The notes under the pieces: generated by a model
Database searches by the model: none
What the model saw: the letters and a program-made list of their open reading frames with translations, nothing else
What the model was told of the DNA's origin: nothing
Part shown: positions 9,046 to 19,422 of the stretch, in pieces
How positions within the stretch are numbered: the stretch's first letter is position 1
Layout: every line of letters starts with the position of its first letter
Source of the DNA: a virus
Virus record (IMG/VR): IMGVR_UViG_3300027733_000033
Length of the DNA: 64,000 nt
Direction: 5' to 3' (one strand)
Made by a program: the position numbers and the translations under genes

Positions 9046-9318
9046 TTAATCCTTATCTGATTCGTATGGGTCAAAAGTTCCCATGAGACAATTGAGCTTA
9101 AACTCTTCTACCATCCAAAGTGCTGACTTAGCATCAACCCCGTTAGACGATATCAACATTTGCCCGCCCTTAGTATAAACTATAGATAAAACGTGCTCAA
9201 TATCATCAGACATTTCGTTCATGTATTGGTAATAATCTTCAAGCATTTCTTTATTAGTTTCTTCTAATTTTTCTTCAGAAGATTTTGTTTTGCCTTTCAA
9301 TACAATTAAGTCACTCAT
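9046..9318 (-). CDS. hypothetical protein
   Basis: ORF track; AGGA SD. Confidence 0.6.
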   Translation of the reverse strand: MSDLIVLKGKTKSSEEKLEETNKEMLEDYYQYMNEMSDDIEHVLSIVYTKGGQMLISSNGVDAKSALWMVEEFKLNCLMGTFDPYESDKD

Positions 9319-9333
9319 TATAAATTCCTTAGG

Positions 9334-9732
9334 TTAAGTGTTTGGGTCAATACCTAGCATAGCTTTCGCTCTATCTACCGCGCCGGTTTCAGTTAAGTAC
9401 ATAAGTCCTAATTTAAGTAGCATAGGTGCTCCCGACCAATCAGAATAACAACATGCATAAAAGTCTTCTTCACTAAAGCATGGGTAATAATACACGGCGT
9501 TCACGTCATCAGGTATCTCGTACAAACCGTCAGCAACCTTAAATCCATTCACATCTATAACCTTAGATGCTATTCTATAGGGTTGATTAGGTATTTCAAA
9601 TGAAGGCATAAAACTACATTTTATCCAAGATTCTTCTGTTACATCATAATATTCTAGGATATCCCAAGGCGTTTCGCTAACCCCTGCTCTTTTTGCTATT
9701 GCTGAAATAAATTCAAAATAAGGCGATTTCAT
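9334..9732 (-). CDS. hypothetical protein
   Basis: ORF track; likely start MKSPY. Confidence 0.6.
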   Translation of the reverse strand: MKSPYFEFISAIAKRAGVSETPWDILEYYDVTEESWIKCSFMPSFEIPNQPYRIASKVIDVNGFKVADGLYEIPDDVNAVYYYPCFSEEDFYACCYSDWSGAPMLLKLGLMYLTETGAVDRAKAMLGIDPNT

Positions 9733-9733
9733 A

Positions 9734-10669
9734 TTATACCCCAAAACTGGCTAATGACGCGGTTGATTTAACTTTAACGGTTCTTGGTTTTCTAGTCTTT
9801 TTAGCCGGCGCAGGTGCTACAACAGGCTTAACCTTTGGTGTTCTAGGCTTTCTAGTTTTAACCGGTTCAGGCGCAGGTTTAGGCGTTTTGGCTACCTTTA
9901 CAACTTTTACAGGTTTAACCGGCGCGACTTTAGGTTTGACCGTTCTAGTTTTTCTAGGTTTAGGTGCAGTCATAACGGCACAAGAATTAATCATTTTATC
10001 CAGTAAGTTTGAATAAGATTTTAGTTTAGCCTTACCAACCTTTGCGTAAGATTCATTCAGTTGTTCGCATTTACCGGCTAATGCTTCTTTAATTTCAACA
10101 CTCAATTTTTGTAGATAAACAGATAATCCTTTAATAACCGCAGGAGATTTTCCTACCAAATTATATTTAAACTGGTATGCAGTTGGATAACCGCTTCTAA
10201 TAAACTCATCCAACTCATCCTCAAATATAGAAATCTCAGAAGCAACTTTTGCTTTGATATTTTCTTGAACGTTTTGGGTAACGCCTACCGCCGCATGAGT
10301 TTCAACCCGTTCAATAGGAACATACTGTAGCAATTCCTCAGTTTTGGTTTTAATGTAACTGAGTTCTCTATCTTCAAGAATAGCGCCGTTAGATAAAATT
10401 CTAGACAACGCGCCTATAGTATGAAACTCGTAATCTGGAATATCATCTAATTTAGATTTTAATGATTTATCGTTCTTAGCAATATACTCAACAGCCCACT
10501 TTTTACACTCTTTATTTGAGTGGTATGCGTTATAAAAATTCAGCGCTTGGATTAGCGTCATTTTGTAGTTTAGAATATTGATTTGTGGCTCACCAACACC
10601 CTTAACAGATTTGATAATTTTTTCAACAAGTTCTTTGTTTTTCTCGGTTTTTGATTTTTTAATAGCCAT
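9734..10669 (-). CDS. hypothetical protein with Lys/Pro-rich (histone H1-like) C-terminal tail
   Basis: ALNFYN and EQLNESY motifs; KPRKTRTVKPK-type repeats; own sigma70-like promoter at ~10706-10741. Confidence 0.7.
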   Translation of the reverse strand: MAIKKSKTEKNKELVEKIIKSVKGVGEPQINILNYKMTLIQALNFYNAYHSNKECKKWAVEYIAKNDKSLKSKLDDIPDYEFHTIGALSRILSNGAILEDRELSYIKTKTEELLQYVPIERVETHAAVGVTQNVQENIKAKVASEISIFEDELDEFIRSGYPTAYQFKYNLVGKSPAVIKGLSVYLQKLSVEIKEALAGKCEQLNESYAKVGKAKLKSYSNLLDKMINSCAVMTAPKPRKTRTVKPKVAPVKPVKVVKVAKTPKPAPEPVKTRKPRTPKVKPVVAPAPAKKTRKPRTVKVKSTASLASFGV

Positions 10670-10751
10670 AATATTTACACCGGAGTTATAGTTAACTAGA
10701 ACAACTATTATACTATATTTTTATGAAAAGTAAAGCTTTATTTTAGGTATG

Positions 10752-10777
10752 CAAAAGCCGACTATTAAGCCGGCTTT
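10752..10777 (-). terminator. rho-independent terminator
   Basis: AAAGCCGG/TCGGCTTTT hairpin of the recurring type. Confidence 0.7.
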
Positions 10778-11347
10778 GACGTTAGATGTGTGTATAATTA
10801 TGTTTACTATACGACGCGACATAATTCACATTGTTTATCCAAAATGGATCAGTGTTTTGAATATCTACTGCTAACCGGTTAGCTATAGCGGCAGTATGTA
10901 TCACTTTATGAATATCAAACTTAATATCAGCATCTTTGATTAGATCGTATTTCATATGAACGCTTTGTAAGTTATCTGCTTCAAGATGCCTCAGTGAATT
11001 TATAGTGGCGTTAATTAGGGTCGGATTTGATACTGGAGATATAACCATATTGTCCTTTTTTTGTCGTGTACACAGATTTGTAAAAAGTGATAAAATCTAA
11101 TATGAACATAAAAATAATCATACTCAATATCAAAAATGATTTAAGCCGTTGCATCATGTTTTTCTAATTGGTAACACAGTTTCTCCTGTTCTGTTTGCGT
11201 ATAGATACCGCCTAACTTTTTACATGTTTCTTCAAAATGCTCATAATCATAATACAATGTTCCTAATGCTATGACAACATATAGCATTACAGCAATACTA
11301 ATTATCCAAACAATTTGTAATTTAGTTGTGCTTTCAAATTTCATAAT

Positions 11348-11554
11348 TTATTTTCCTCTGGCTGCTAACATAGCATCAGCAAGACCGTAAGCCAATTTTG
11401 CGATGTAGTCGTGGTTTTGATTTAAGTTTTCGTATCTGGCAATGATAGTGGGAAGCGCTTTAGCCGCGAAATAATCGCGCAAGTTCATCCCGTCACTATT
11501 TTCGCTAGGAAACGCCTTTTCGCGATACGGTGTATTGTAATTGTAGTCATCCAT
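11348..11554 (-). CDS. conserved small phage protein (LRDYFAAKA family)
   Basis: GMNLRDYFAAKAL...AYGLADAMLAAR motif. Confidence 0.75.
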   Translation of the reverse strand: MDDYNYNTPYREKAFPSENSDGMNLRDYFAAKALPTIIARYENLNQNHDYIAKLAYGLADAMLAARGK

Positions 11555-12353
11555 AATTATTTAACCTCTTATGATAGTAAGGAATTGGTTCTAAAAGCTG
11601 GGCGAGTAAACAGTGTATCCTCAGGAATTAATTTACTTTTATACAATCTGAACCTATCACAAATAAACTCTTCATCAGTGTCCCATATTCCATAACAATA
11701 AGTAGGTTCTGATACAAAGTAATAAAGTTCAAACAAATCGGTTCCAGTTTTTGGCTCTAACGCTAGGTATCTAAACTTAGGATCAATGTCTTTCCAGATT
11801 AATTTTTCATCAATCTTATCAAAATCAAATATCTTTTGTGTAAGGTTATTGTTAAGAACCTCATTAAATAAATCATTCAATTCCGACCAAGAAATAATAG
11901 CCGTTATTTTATTAAGAATCTCATCTACTCTATCTTTATTCATCTTTCACCATTCCAAGAGTTATTTCACGCCCAATAATAGCCTTTTCAATTTTAAGAT
12001 TAAGTATTCGTTCACGCGCCCGTTCAACTTCTTCTTCCTTCCACTTTAGCCGCGTCGTTTCAGTAGCCAGCTGATTACAAATAGAATCAAACTTCTCTCT
12101 AATATCATCCATATTTGAATACCCTGTTAGCCGGTTTATGTTTAATTAATCTAATAAGGACAGACTCATCAACTTTCATATCCTCGTTCATAAAATCAAA
12201 TAATCTGACTTTGAATTCTCTTAAGGTAATACCGCCTATAAAATCCTCAAAATACAGTTCACATAATTCCGCTAAGTTGATGTTTGGATCAGTTTCATCA
12301 ACGTCTTTTAAGAAAAACAGTTTCTTTCTTAGTTCTACTACAGTCAGCATAAT

Positions 12354-12692
12354 TTAATCCCATAAGTTGTAAAAATACTTAGCAAGTAAATCTATCCCAG
12401 CTTTAATTTTTGTATCCTTGACATCATCGCCTAAGTACATTTGATGTGTAGGGTATTCTTTAAACGCATATATCATGGTATCAAGCACATCATCCCAGCG
12501 CTTTCTATTTTCTTCTTCAGTAAATTCTTCAGAAGCAAACGCGCTTGGGTAGCCTGTACTTGTTTCCTTATACTTAACTAGCATAGGATGAATAATTCTG
12601 GATAAGGTAATATCCATATCCCAAACGTCAGAATCATCAATTACGATAGTTTCTTCAGGCGGTATAACGGTGTTATCAATTAATACTTTCAT
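12354..12692 (-). CDS. conserved phage hypothetical protein
   Basis: D.WDMD.TLSRII.PML..YK...GYP...WD.VLD.MI.AF...G..L..KYF.NLWD pattern. Confidence 0.7.
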   Translation of the reverse strand: MKVLIDNTVIPPEETIVIDDSDVWDMDITLSRIIHPMLVKYKETSTGYPSAFASEEFTEEENRKRWDDVLDTMIYAFKEYPTHQMYLGDDVKDTKIKAGIDLLAKYFYNLWD

Positions 12693-12707
12693 ATTGGTAC
12701 CTATAGA

Positions 12708-12787
12708 ATATTTTTAAGCGCTTAACCTCAATTCACGCCCGACTAAGCTATTATACGCGTGCAGGAGTAAAAAGTAAAGTTTTATTT
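12708..12787 (-). repeat. class-2 promoter element (AAATAAAACTTTACT..TATAAT, then AGCYTAGTCGGGCGTGAATTGAGGTTAAGCGCTTAAAAATAT)
   Basis: Four near-identical copies in the window. Confidence 0.85.
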
Positions 12788-13261
12788 TACATCAAATGTT
12801 TCTTTAATTATATCGCGAATCCGTTCTAATGCATCATAAGTCAAATCAGCGGCTAACTCACCAACTGGACTGTTACCTACAGAAATAGGATATTGCTCAA
12901 TGATATTTAAACATTCTTGAATAACTAATCGAGCAAAAAGTTCTTCATCAAATTTTTTACCTTGACCATAAGAATTGCCATACGCATCCATTTGATTATA
13001 ATATCGCATGGCTTTATTTTTAAATTCATTAATTTTATCGTTCATAAGCCTACCTTTGGAAAATAATGTTTTTTGACCCAGTTAATACAATTTTGGTCGC
13101 ATTCTAAATCAATTGGTTCATGTTCTTTACCGTTGCGATTTTTGTACCATGTTTCAATATTATAGTACCAGAATCTTTTATCAGTTTCATTGAAAGTATG
13201 GGTTGACTCTATGATAGTAAGGATAGCGCCGGTTAATTTCAAATCTAACATTTTATTCTCC

Positions 13262-13672
13262 TTAAATTATTCCAGCAGGGTATTGTTCAACTCGGTAAAT
13301 TTCAGCTTTGTTTTCATCAACAAACGAACGCAATTTGTCAAAAAACTTATCCATTTTGTTCAATAAATCTTTTTCATTTTTAGCGGTAAATTTTCTGAAG
13401 GGTAATTTAACGGTATTCATCGCATAATATGAATCTTTTTCAGGGTTAAGCGATAAGCCGCCCGCGATTAATTTTACTGTAAATTGTTCATCGTTTTGTT
13501 GAATTGATAGCACAGTGTGCATAGGATCGTTTTCACGAATTTTATTAGCACACAATTCAGTTTTACCGATTAAACCCAAACGGATAAAACTATAATTTTT
13601 GCCCAACGAAGCGCTGTTTTCAGCGAAATAGCCATTAGGGAATTTGTTTAAGAATAATTGTTCAATTGTCAT
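13262..13672 (-). CDS. hypothetical early protein
   Basis: ORF track; SD-led start MTIEQ, in frame with the cassette ATG at 13711. Confidence 0.7.
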   Translation of the reverse strand: MTIEQLFLNKFPNGYFAENSASLGKNYSFIRLGLIGKTELCANKIRENDPMHTVLSIQQNDEQFTVKLIAGGLSLNPEKDSYYAMNTVKLPFRKFTAKNEKDLLNKMDKFFDKLRSFVDENKAEIYRVEQYPAGII

Positions 13673-13677
13673 TTTAC

Positions 13678-13755
13678 ACTCTCCAGATAATTCATTAAGG
13701 TTTAACTTCATTAAGATCTATTATACTCGCTTTTTTCCAAAAGTAAAGCTTTTTT
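13678..13755 (-). promoter_or_regulatory. class-1 early promoter cassette
   Basis: Same repeat motif. Confidence 0.85.
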
Positions 13756-13758
13756 TAC

Positions 13759-13766
13759 TATAAATA
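13759..13766 (+). promoter_or_regulatory. T4-type late promoter TATAAATA
   Basis: Exact T4 gp55 consensus upstream of the plus-strand gene pair. Confidence 0.75.
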
Positions 13767-13797
13767 ATTAAAAATAATTTAATAAGGTCAAACTGTT

Positions 13798-14085
13798 ATG
13801 GACGACATCACAAGTTTATTAGGTATAATTTCGAAAGTTGGATTTCCTATAGTATCTTGCGCCGCCGCCGGTTATTTTGTGTTCTTGACGATAAAATTTA
13901 TTTTGGACACGATATTACATGCAATTTCAGAATGTAACGTTATAATTGAGAAGTTGGATAAAAGGGTTAATTATATGACTAATGATATGATAAAATTAGA
14001 TATTTTAATATCATCTGCTTTGAAAGTAAGACCAGACATTGAAAGAATATCTAGATCCGAAGCAGCGGACACTAGAAAGGACTAA
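13798..14085 (+). CDS. single-TM plus coiled-coil late protein (holin-like candidate)
   Basis: GFPIV + hydrophobic helix + NDMIKLD; paralogous to next ORF. Confidence 0.65.
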   Translation: MDDITSLLGIISKVGFPIVSCAAAGYFVFLTIKFILDTILHAISECNVIIEKLDKRVNYMTNDMIKLDILISSALKVRPDIERISRSEAADTRKD

Positions 14086-14086
14086 A

Positions 14087-14353
14087 ATGGATATTAATAT
14101 CGTGATCAAAGCCATAGATAGTTATGGATTCCCTATAGTAGAAACTATCGGAATCGCATATATTCTATATTATGTGTGGGTGTGGACTACAACAATTATC
14201 AAACCTATTATCGCAGAGCTGAACGAATCTCTGGTAGATTTAATTGATAGAATAAGAGTGCTGGATAATGACATGATTCGTTTGCATCAAAAAGTTAATG
14301 TCATAGTAGAGCTGAGAGAAAAGAAAGAATTTAATTTGCCAGATTCTGAATAA
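14087..14353 (+). CDS. single-TM plus coiled-coil late protein (holin-like candidate)
   Basis: YGFPIV + TM + LIDRIRVLDNDMIRL; start MDINI with AAGGA SD. Confidence 0.65.
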   Translation: MDINIVIKAIDSYGFPIVETIGIAYILYYVWVWTTTIIKPIIAELNESLVDLIDRIRVLDNDMIRLHQKVNVIVELREKKEFNLPDSE

Positions 14354-14354
14354 A

Positions 14355-14388
14355 AAAATGCCCGATTCCGGTTAAGGTTTCGGGCATT
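14355..14388. terminator. terminator between convergent genes
   Basis: AATGCCCGA/TCGGGCATT inverted repeat. Confidence 0.75.
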
Positions 14389-14392
14389 CATT

Positions 14393-14656
14393 TTATCTTT
14401 TTTTCCGCTTGATATTAGACCACTTTTCAAGCTTTTCAAATTTACGCTCAGAACAGCGTAACACTTCCTCTAAATCTATTAAATCGTTTTCCTCTAATAG
14501 ATACACCATAGCTAATAAATCCCCGAGTTCTTCTGTTAACCTCGTAGAGTTTTTAACGCCCTTATACTCATCATCATATCCAAACCTTAGGATTTTAGAT
14601 ACGGCTTGGATAACCTCACCACATTCTTCTTGTAAAATATAATATAATTCATTCAT
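14393..14656 (-). CDS. MazG-like pyrophosphohydrolase
   Basis: ILQEECGEVIQAVSKILRFG...LTEELGDL motif. Confidence 0.85.
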   Translation of the reverse strand: MNELYYILQEECGEVIQAVSKILRFGYDDEYKGVKNSTRLTEELGDLLAMVYLLEENDLIDLEEVLRCSERKFEKLEKWSNIKRKKR

Positions 14657-14664
14657 AACTTTCC

Positions 14665-17274
14665 TTAAAAGAAATCTTCAAGCGATGCTTTTTCTTCAGC
14701 AGTCCAACCTAATGGACTGATTAATATATTCATAACGTTCAGATACGATTTTTCAAACATAGTATCCTTATCGATGTATTTATGTAAACCCAGCTCGTCG
14801 GGCAATTTACTATTAAACCCTATGACGTTTTCTTTAATAGGATTTTTCTTATCAAGATACAGATATTTGATTTTATTGCCGTCTGAAATTAATTCGTACT
14901 GTTTATCTAACCTTTTCTCTTTAATGTAGAAATTGTATAATAGCGCCGCCCTTACACCAATCGGAGTACCAGATAAATAGATAGAAGAATCTCCGGCATA
15001 CTTTTTACAACCATTAACGCCCGTAGGAATAGCAATTTCTTCGGCTGTGAACGAATTAAAGCGATTTTTAAATTTAGATACATGTTTTTGTAACTCCGAC
15101 TCTTTACCGTATAATACGATATCTAACGAATCACGTAATGACTCTTTCACTTTGATTGGTGTAGACGATTTAACCAACTCCAACCCAATGACCTTTTTCT
15201 TAGGTTTAGCGTATCTAACACCCTCTGAATCCCAAACAGAAAGCACATATTTTTTCTTACCGTGCCAAATACCAACGTCAGCTAATACTTCTCGCTTCAT
15301 AGACATTTTATTTTCATAGGCGTAAGTGTAAGCTGCCAGATTATCATAACACTCTGAAATGGTAGGCTGGATAATATTTTTACAAAACATATCCATAAAG
15401 TTGATAATTTCTTCAGTAGATTTATCTTTTACCGGTGAATTTTGTACAACGTCATCTAAAGCAACATAGATAGAATCTGTATCACTGTATAGGATATAAT
15501 CGACACCCACCGTACCTAATACCTGATTAATTTTTTTAGATACATGTTTACCTACCCACAACACCGCCAGTTTACCAGACATCGTAATCGCTTCAGCTAA
15601 TTTAATATCGAAGAACAAGAAGTTGGCTTCACCAAACGCACCATAACCTGAGTTCAAGATACCAATTTTATACGCCTGCTCCATAGTAGATAAAATGGCG
15701 ATACGTTTACCCATTTCTTTATCTTTAGTCAGCTCATACTGCTGCTCTAACCGAAGCATTTCCTTTTTAGCCGTATTTCTTTCATTGTAGTATAATTCCA
15801 TAATAGCAGGAATAAACCCCTGTGTATCACGTTTAAAGCACCAACCAGAACCAGAAATAGCCAACCCGTTATTAGGTAAAGGTTTCTCGTCAACAAAGTA
15901 TTCTGTATCAAAGTCAAGAAATACACCAGTTAACATTTCAGGACTGATGTTATACTGCTGAATCAAATGAGGATACAGAGATGCTAAGTCGAATGACGCA
16001 ACGCATTTATGTTTACCTATTTTTGGCTCTTTAACATACGCGCCGCGATACTGTTCTTTTTTAGCTGAACGTTTGTGTAAAGGAATAGCAATATTTTTAT
16101 CAGCAAGATAATTGTACGATAGCGACTCCCAAATACCCACAGGCGAGAATACATCTTCATAATTAATTTTAGCCGCGTATGCAATACCAATTTGAAGACG
16201 AACCATATTTTTTTCATCTTCAAGCTGAGTAATCAACTCTGTATCGATTACGTTATAGTCTACAAACTTATTCCATGATAACTGCTTAATTACACTGCCC
16301 AGTCTATTATAATCAGCACTATTTTCGGGTAACAACAATTGTTCATAGGCTAACTTTTGAATATCATTACCGTCTTTATCAGGAATAGGAATACCAAGAT
16401 AAAAATGTTTAAACCCATCAAACTCGTTATGTTCAAGTTTAGCGTGACCCAATACTTCCTGCGTGATGAAATCTAACCTGTAAGACTCATACTTAGTCTG
16501 AGCATACTTTTTAAACAAATCCATATAATCTAAATTTGCGATACCATACAATCTGATGGTGATATTTTTATCTTCACCCTCTTTAAGAAAAGCCTTACCT
16601 GATGGGCTTTTGGGTGGCGCTCCTTTAACTATACTGAATGGTGATAGTTTATTAGCATAATCTTTGCCGATAACCTTTACCATTCTATTATACAGATATG
16701 GAATATCGAAATAGTTTGAATTCCAACCGGTAATAATATCAGGATAGTCATTTTTCCAAAAGTCAACGACTGCGCGAAGTAGCGCCTTTTCACTATCAAA
16801 ATGATGGTAATTAGTCAAATCGGACGTGTAGTTATTACAGCCAAATGTATGTTTGGTTTTTGTGTTAAAGTCAATCAATGTGACAAGTAATACTTCTTCA
16901 ACCGGATTTTTATAATCAGGAAAGCCGTTTTCAATCGTAGTCTCGATGTCAATCGCTAATACCCTAATATCATCCATATCAAAATCAATCTTTCCTGGAA
17001 ACTCTGAACGGATAAACTGATTTGTGTAATTAGTGCACCCATGTACACTAAAGCCGCTGACATGTTTATAATCATCTATAAATTTATCTGTATCTTTCAT
17101 CGTTCCTGGCTGGATAGGATAAACAGATTCACCTGTCAATAAGGTTTTAAACTCAGATGACTTATCTTTAGATGCGCTGACATAAAGAGTAGGCTTAAAA
17201 TCAACAACATCTGTGCCACTTGTGGATACACAATAAATTTTATCGCCATATTTAAAAACGTTTTTATACATCAA
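14665..17274 (-). CDS. 43: family B DNA polymerase
   Basis: DIET (ExoI), GWNS..FDIPY (ExoII), YNVID (ExoIII), SFDLASLYP, K...NSGYG, YSDTDS motifs. Confidence 0.97.
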   Translation of the reverse strand: MMYKNVFKYGDKIYCVSTSGTDVVDFKPTLYVSASKDKSSEFKTLLTGESVYPIQPGTMKDTDKFIDDYKHVSGFSVHGCTNYTNQFIRSEFPGKIDFDMDDIRVLAIDIETTIENGFPDYKNPVEEVLLVTLIDFNTKTKHTFGCNNYTSDLTNYHHFDSEKALLRAVVDFWKNDYPDIITGWNSNYFDIPYLYNRMVKVIGKDYANKLSPFSIVKGAPPKSPSGKAFLKEGEDKNITIRLYGIANLDYMDLFKKYAQTKYESYRLDFITQEVLGHAKLEHNEFDGFKHFYLGIPIPDKDGNDIQKLAYEQLLLPENSADYNRLGSVIKQLSWNKFVDYNVIDTELITQLEDEKNMVRLQIGIAYAAKINYEDVFSPVGIWESLSYNYLADKNIAIPLHKRSAKKEQYRGAYVKEPKIGKHKCVASFDLASLYPHLIQQYNISPEMLTGVFLDFDTEYFVDEKPLPNNGLAISGSGWCFKRDTQGFIPAIMELYYNERNTAKKEMLRLEQQYELTKDKEMGKRIAILSTMEQAYKIGILNSGYGAFGEANFLFFDIKLAEAITMSGKLAVLWVGKHVSKKINQVLGTVGVDYILYSDTDSIYVALDDVVQNSPVKDKSTEEIINFMDMFCKNIIQPTISECYDNLAAYTYAYENKMSMKREVLADVGIWHGKKKYVLSVWDSEGVRYAKPKKKVIGLELVKSSTPIKVKESLRDSLDIVLYGKESELQKHVSKFKNRFNSFTAEEIAIPTGVNGCKKYAGDSSIYLSGTPIGVRAALLYNFYIKEKRLDKQYELISDGNKIKYLYLDKKNPIKENVIGFNSKLPDELGLHKYIDKDTMFEKSYLNVMNILISPLGWTAEEKASLEDFF

Positions 17275-17295
17275 AACTCCTTACCAAAAAGACTA

Positions 17296-17325
17296 ATTAT
17301 ACTTTGTTTGTTGCCTAAAGTAAAC
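17296..17325 (-). promoter_or_regulatory. sigma70-like promoter for gp43
   Basis: TTTACT-17nt-TATAAT on minus strand. Confidence 0.7.
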
Positions 17326-17892
17326 CTACACACCATGAACTATCATCATAGCATCTAAGGCACAGTCTGCTGTAGGGTGATGCTTTAATACATTATCTCT
17401 ATTGAATCCTTCAAATTTGACTTCACAATATCCATTTTTGGAAGTAGAATGTAATAAATCAACGGCGGTTCTAACGTCACGATACATGTTGTATGCGGTA
17501 ATCCTTTCAACGCCTACCGCCTTACATAAACTGTCAAAAACCATTTGGTCTAACGAACCTCTAATGAATACCTGTTCTTTTTCTGGATTAGGCGTTTTGC
17601 TTTTCATCCAATCTTTAATGATTTGAATACCGGTAAGCGCCGATACATCATTTTTATGTGGGTATATGCTAAACTCTTTTGCTTGTTCGCATTGTTTAGA
17701 CCACCATTCCATAGTATCTTTGGATGATGTTCTACCATATTTTTGAATTTGTTCTTTAGCGTCAAATTTGACAAACACCCCATTTTGAATCAAACTTTCA
17801 TAAGATGCATCAACGTCAACATAAACCATACCGGCGGATAATACCACCGCAGTAGATTCGGTGTCAGTTGTCTCTATATCTAATAAAAACAT
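17326..17892 (-). CDS. dexA: DexA-like 3'-5' exonuclease (DEDDh)
   Basis: LDIET, TMEWWSKQ, RDVRT, H...DCALD motifs. Confidence 0.85.
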   Translation of the reverse strand: MFLLDIETTDTESTAVVLSAGMVYVDVDASYESLIQNGVFVKFDAKEQIQKYGRTSSKDTMEWWSKQCEQAKEFSIYPHKNDVSALTGIQIIKDWMKSKTPNPEKEQVFIRGSLDQMVFDSLCKAVGVERITAYNMYRDVRTAVDLLHSTSKNGYCEVKFEGFNRDNVLKHHPTADCALDAMMIVHGV

Positions 17893-17900
17893 AATATTCC

Positions 17901-18119
17901 TTATTTGTAAATAAATTTTTGGGGACGAGTTTCATAGGTATTTTCTGGAGAAATAGAGGTCTTAAACTTTTGAACAAAAAGACGTTTGGTTTTAAATCCA
18001 GTTATCCATTTTCCATCTACTAAGGTTGGAGAAAACTCGAACCAGTGCCATTTATGGTCAGTATCTTTGCATAAATACCGCGCCCAGTTAGGAGCGGTTT
18101 CCCATTTAGGTTTGCTCAT
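17901..18119 (-). CDS. hypothetical protein (W..AP.WA.YL..D...WHWFE family)
   Basis: Recurring small phage motif; ends TYETRP. Confidence 0.6.
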   Translation of the reverse strand: MSKPKWETAPNWARYLCKDTDHKWHWFEFSPTLVDGKWITGFKTKRLFVQKFKTSISPENTYETRPQKFIYK

Positions 18120-18498
18120 TAAGGTAATCCGCTACACATTCTAATGAATAAAATACAGAACCCAGATTCAGTTTAACCATATCAGCAGTTGCATAAAGCG
18201 AATGGAGCATTTGTGGGTCGAATAATTCAGTATCTTCTAACAAAATTGCGAATATGGTTTTCCATGGTCGCTTATTAGAATCATCAATGGCTTCAGCTAT
18301 AGAGTAAACGCCTTTAATTTCCGGTGTAATAACGTATAGTACAAAGTCACACTCATTTCGTTGAGTTAACTCCTCAAGTCGAGCTTCTTCGTTCCAGTCG
18401 TCAACAACAGGATTAAAATACTCGATATCAAGCATAGGAATTAATTTATCTCTCCAAGTTGAACCGTTACACGTGCCGCCTAAAAATACTCTTTTCAT
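18106..18498 (-). CDS. nucleoside 2-deoxyribosyltransferase-like protein
   Basis: VFLGGTC..STWR, YFNPVVDDW, YSIAE motifs. Confidence 0.8.
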   Translation of the reverse strand: MKRVFLGGTCNGSTWRDKLIPMLDIEYFNPVVDDWNEEARLEELTQRNECDFVLYVITPEIKGVYSIAEAIDDSNKRPWKTIFAILLEDTELFDPQMLHSLYATADMVKLNLGSVFYSLECVADYLNEQT

Positions 18499-18591
18499 TG
18501 ACCATCATCCCAAATAAAATAAACAAACACCCATGCCACGAATAACGAAAATAATATTACAACTTCTGAATCAGTAATTTCGTTCATAATG

Positions 18592-18720
18592 TCACCAGCG
18601 AGAGTAATGGTGATGATGGTGTGGGACGTAATAATAGCCGCGATAATGATGTGGATATGGTGCGTATGTGGCGCAACCGGTTAATAATAGCGCTATCATA
18701 AATAAGATATATGTTTTCAT
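18592..18720 (-). CDS. small His/Tyr-rich lipoprotein, 42 aa, not in ORF track
   Basis: MKTYILFMIALLLTG-CATYAPYPHHYRGYYYVPHHHHHYSRW; lipobox LTGC. Confidence 0.65.
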   Translation of the reverse strand: MKTYILFMIALLLTGCATYAPYPHHYRGYYYVPHHHHHYSRW

Positions 18721-19092
18721 TAGAATAGTTCCTCGTATTGTTTGATTACAAATAGATAATATGGAAATGATATTAAAATTCCAGCATTACAATCTAACGG
18801 ATTATAAAACCTTTCAACAATATTATATATTGGGTTTCCTGTTTCATCGTCGCTTTGAATGACAGTAGAGTATTCCGCTTCATAATAAGATACGTCATCA
18901 AAGGTATCGCCGTTTTCGTTATATTTGAAAATTTCAGGCTTATTTCTCATCATATAACGATAATCGCCTTCATCATATATCGGAATCCATTCTACTTCAG
19001 TAGCATTAATCCTAACTTTATAAGGATAATCCCCGCCTAAAGTTAATCCTTTATTATTACCATCAACGTATAAATTGAATGGGAGTTGCATA

Positions 19093-19293
19093 TTATACCC
19101 CAAATTGTAAGGTATAACCTAAAACTTTCAGCGCCGCCTTTGCTTTACGTTTTGCTTCAGTTTTAGTGCTACCATTGAAGTATAACTTTTCCATAGAGTA
19201 ATATCCTTCAATTGGGACATACACTTTAGCAGTAAAAAGTTTTCCAAGAATTCTTGAACGGGTTTCAATAATTTCAGCGGTTACAGTAGACAT
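19093..19293 (-). CDS. hypothetical early protein
   Basis: SD-led start MSTVT; in frame with the cassette ATG at 19329. Confidence 0.7.
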   Translation of the reverse strand: MSTVTAEIIETRSRILGKLFTAKVYVPIEGYYSMEKLYFNGSTKTEAKRKAKAALKVLGYTLQFGV

Positions 19294-19298
19294 TTTAT

Positions 19299-19373
19299 AC
19301 ACTCCAATTAATTTAAGGGATAACTTCATTAAGATCTATTATACTACTATTTTATGAAAAGTAAAGCTTTATT
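19299..19373 (-). promoter_or_regulatory. class-1 early promoter cassette
   Basis: Same repeat motif; terminator hairpin at 19394-19417 upstream. Confidence 0.85.
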
Positions 19374-19422
19374 TTAAATTATTTTTAGGCATGAAAAAGC
19401 CGACATATAGCCGGCTTAATTA

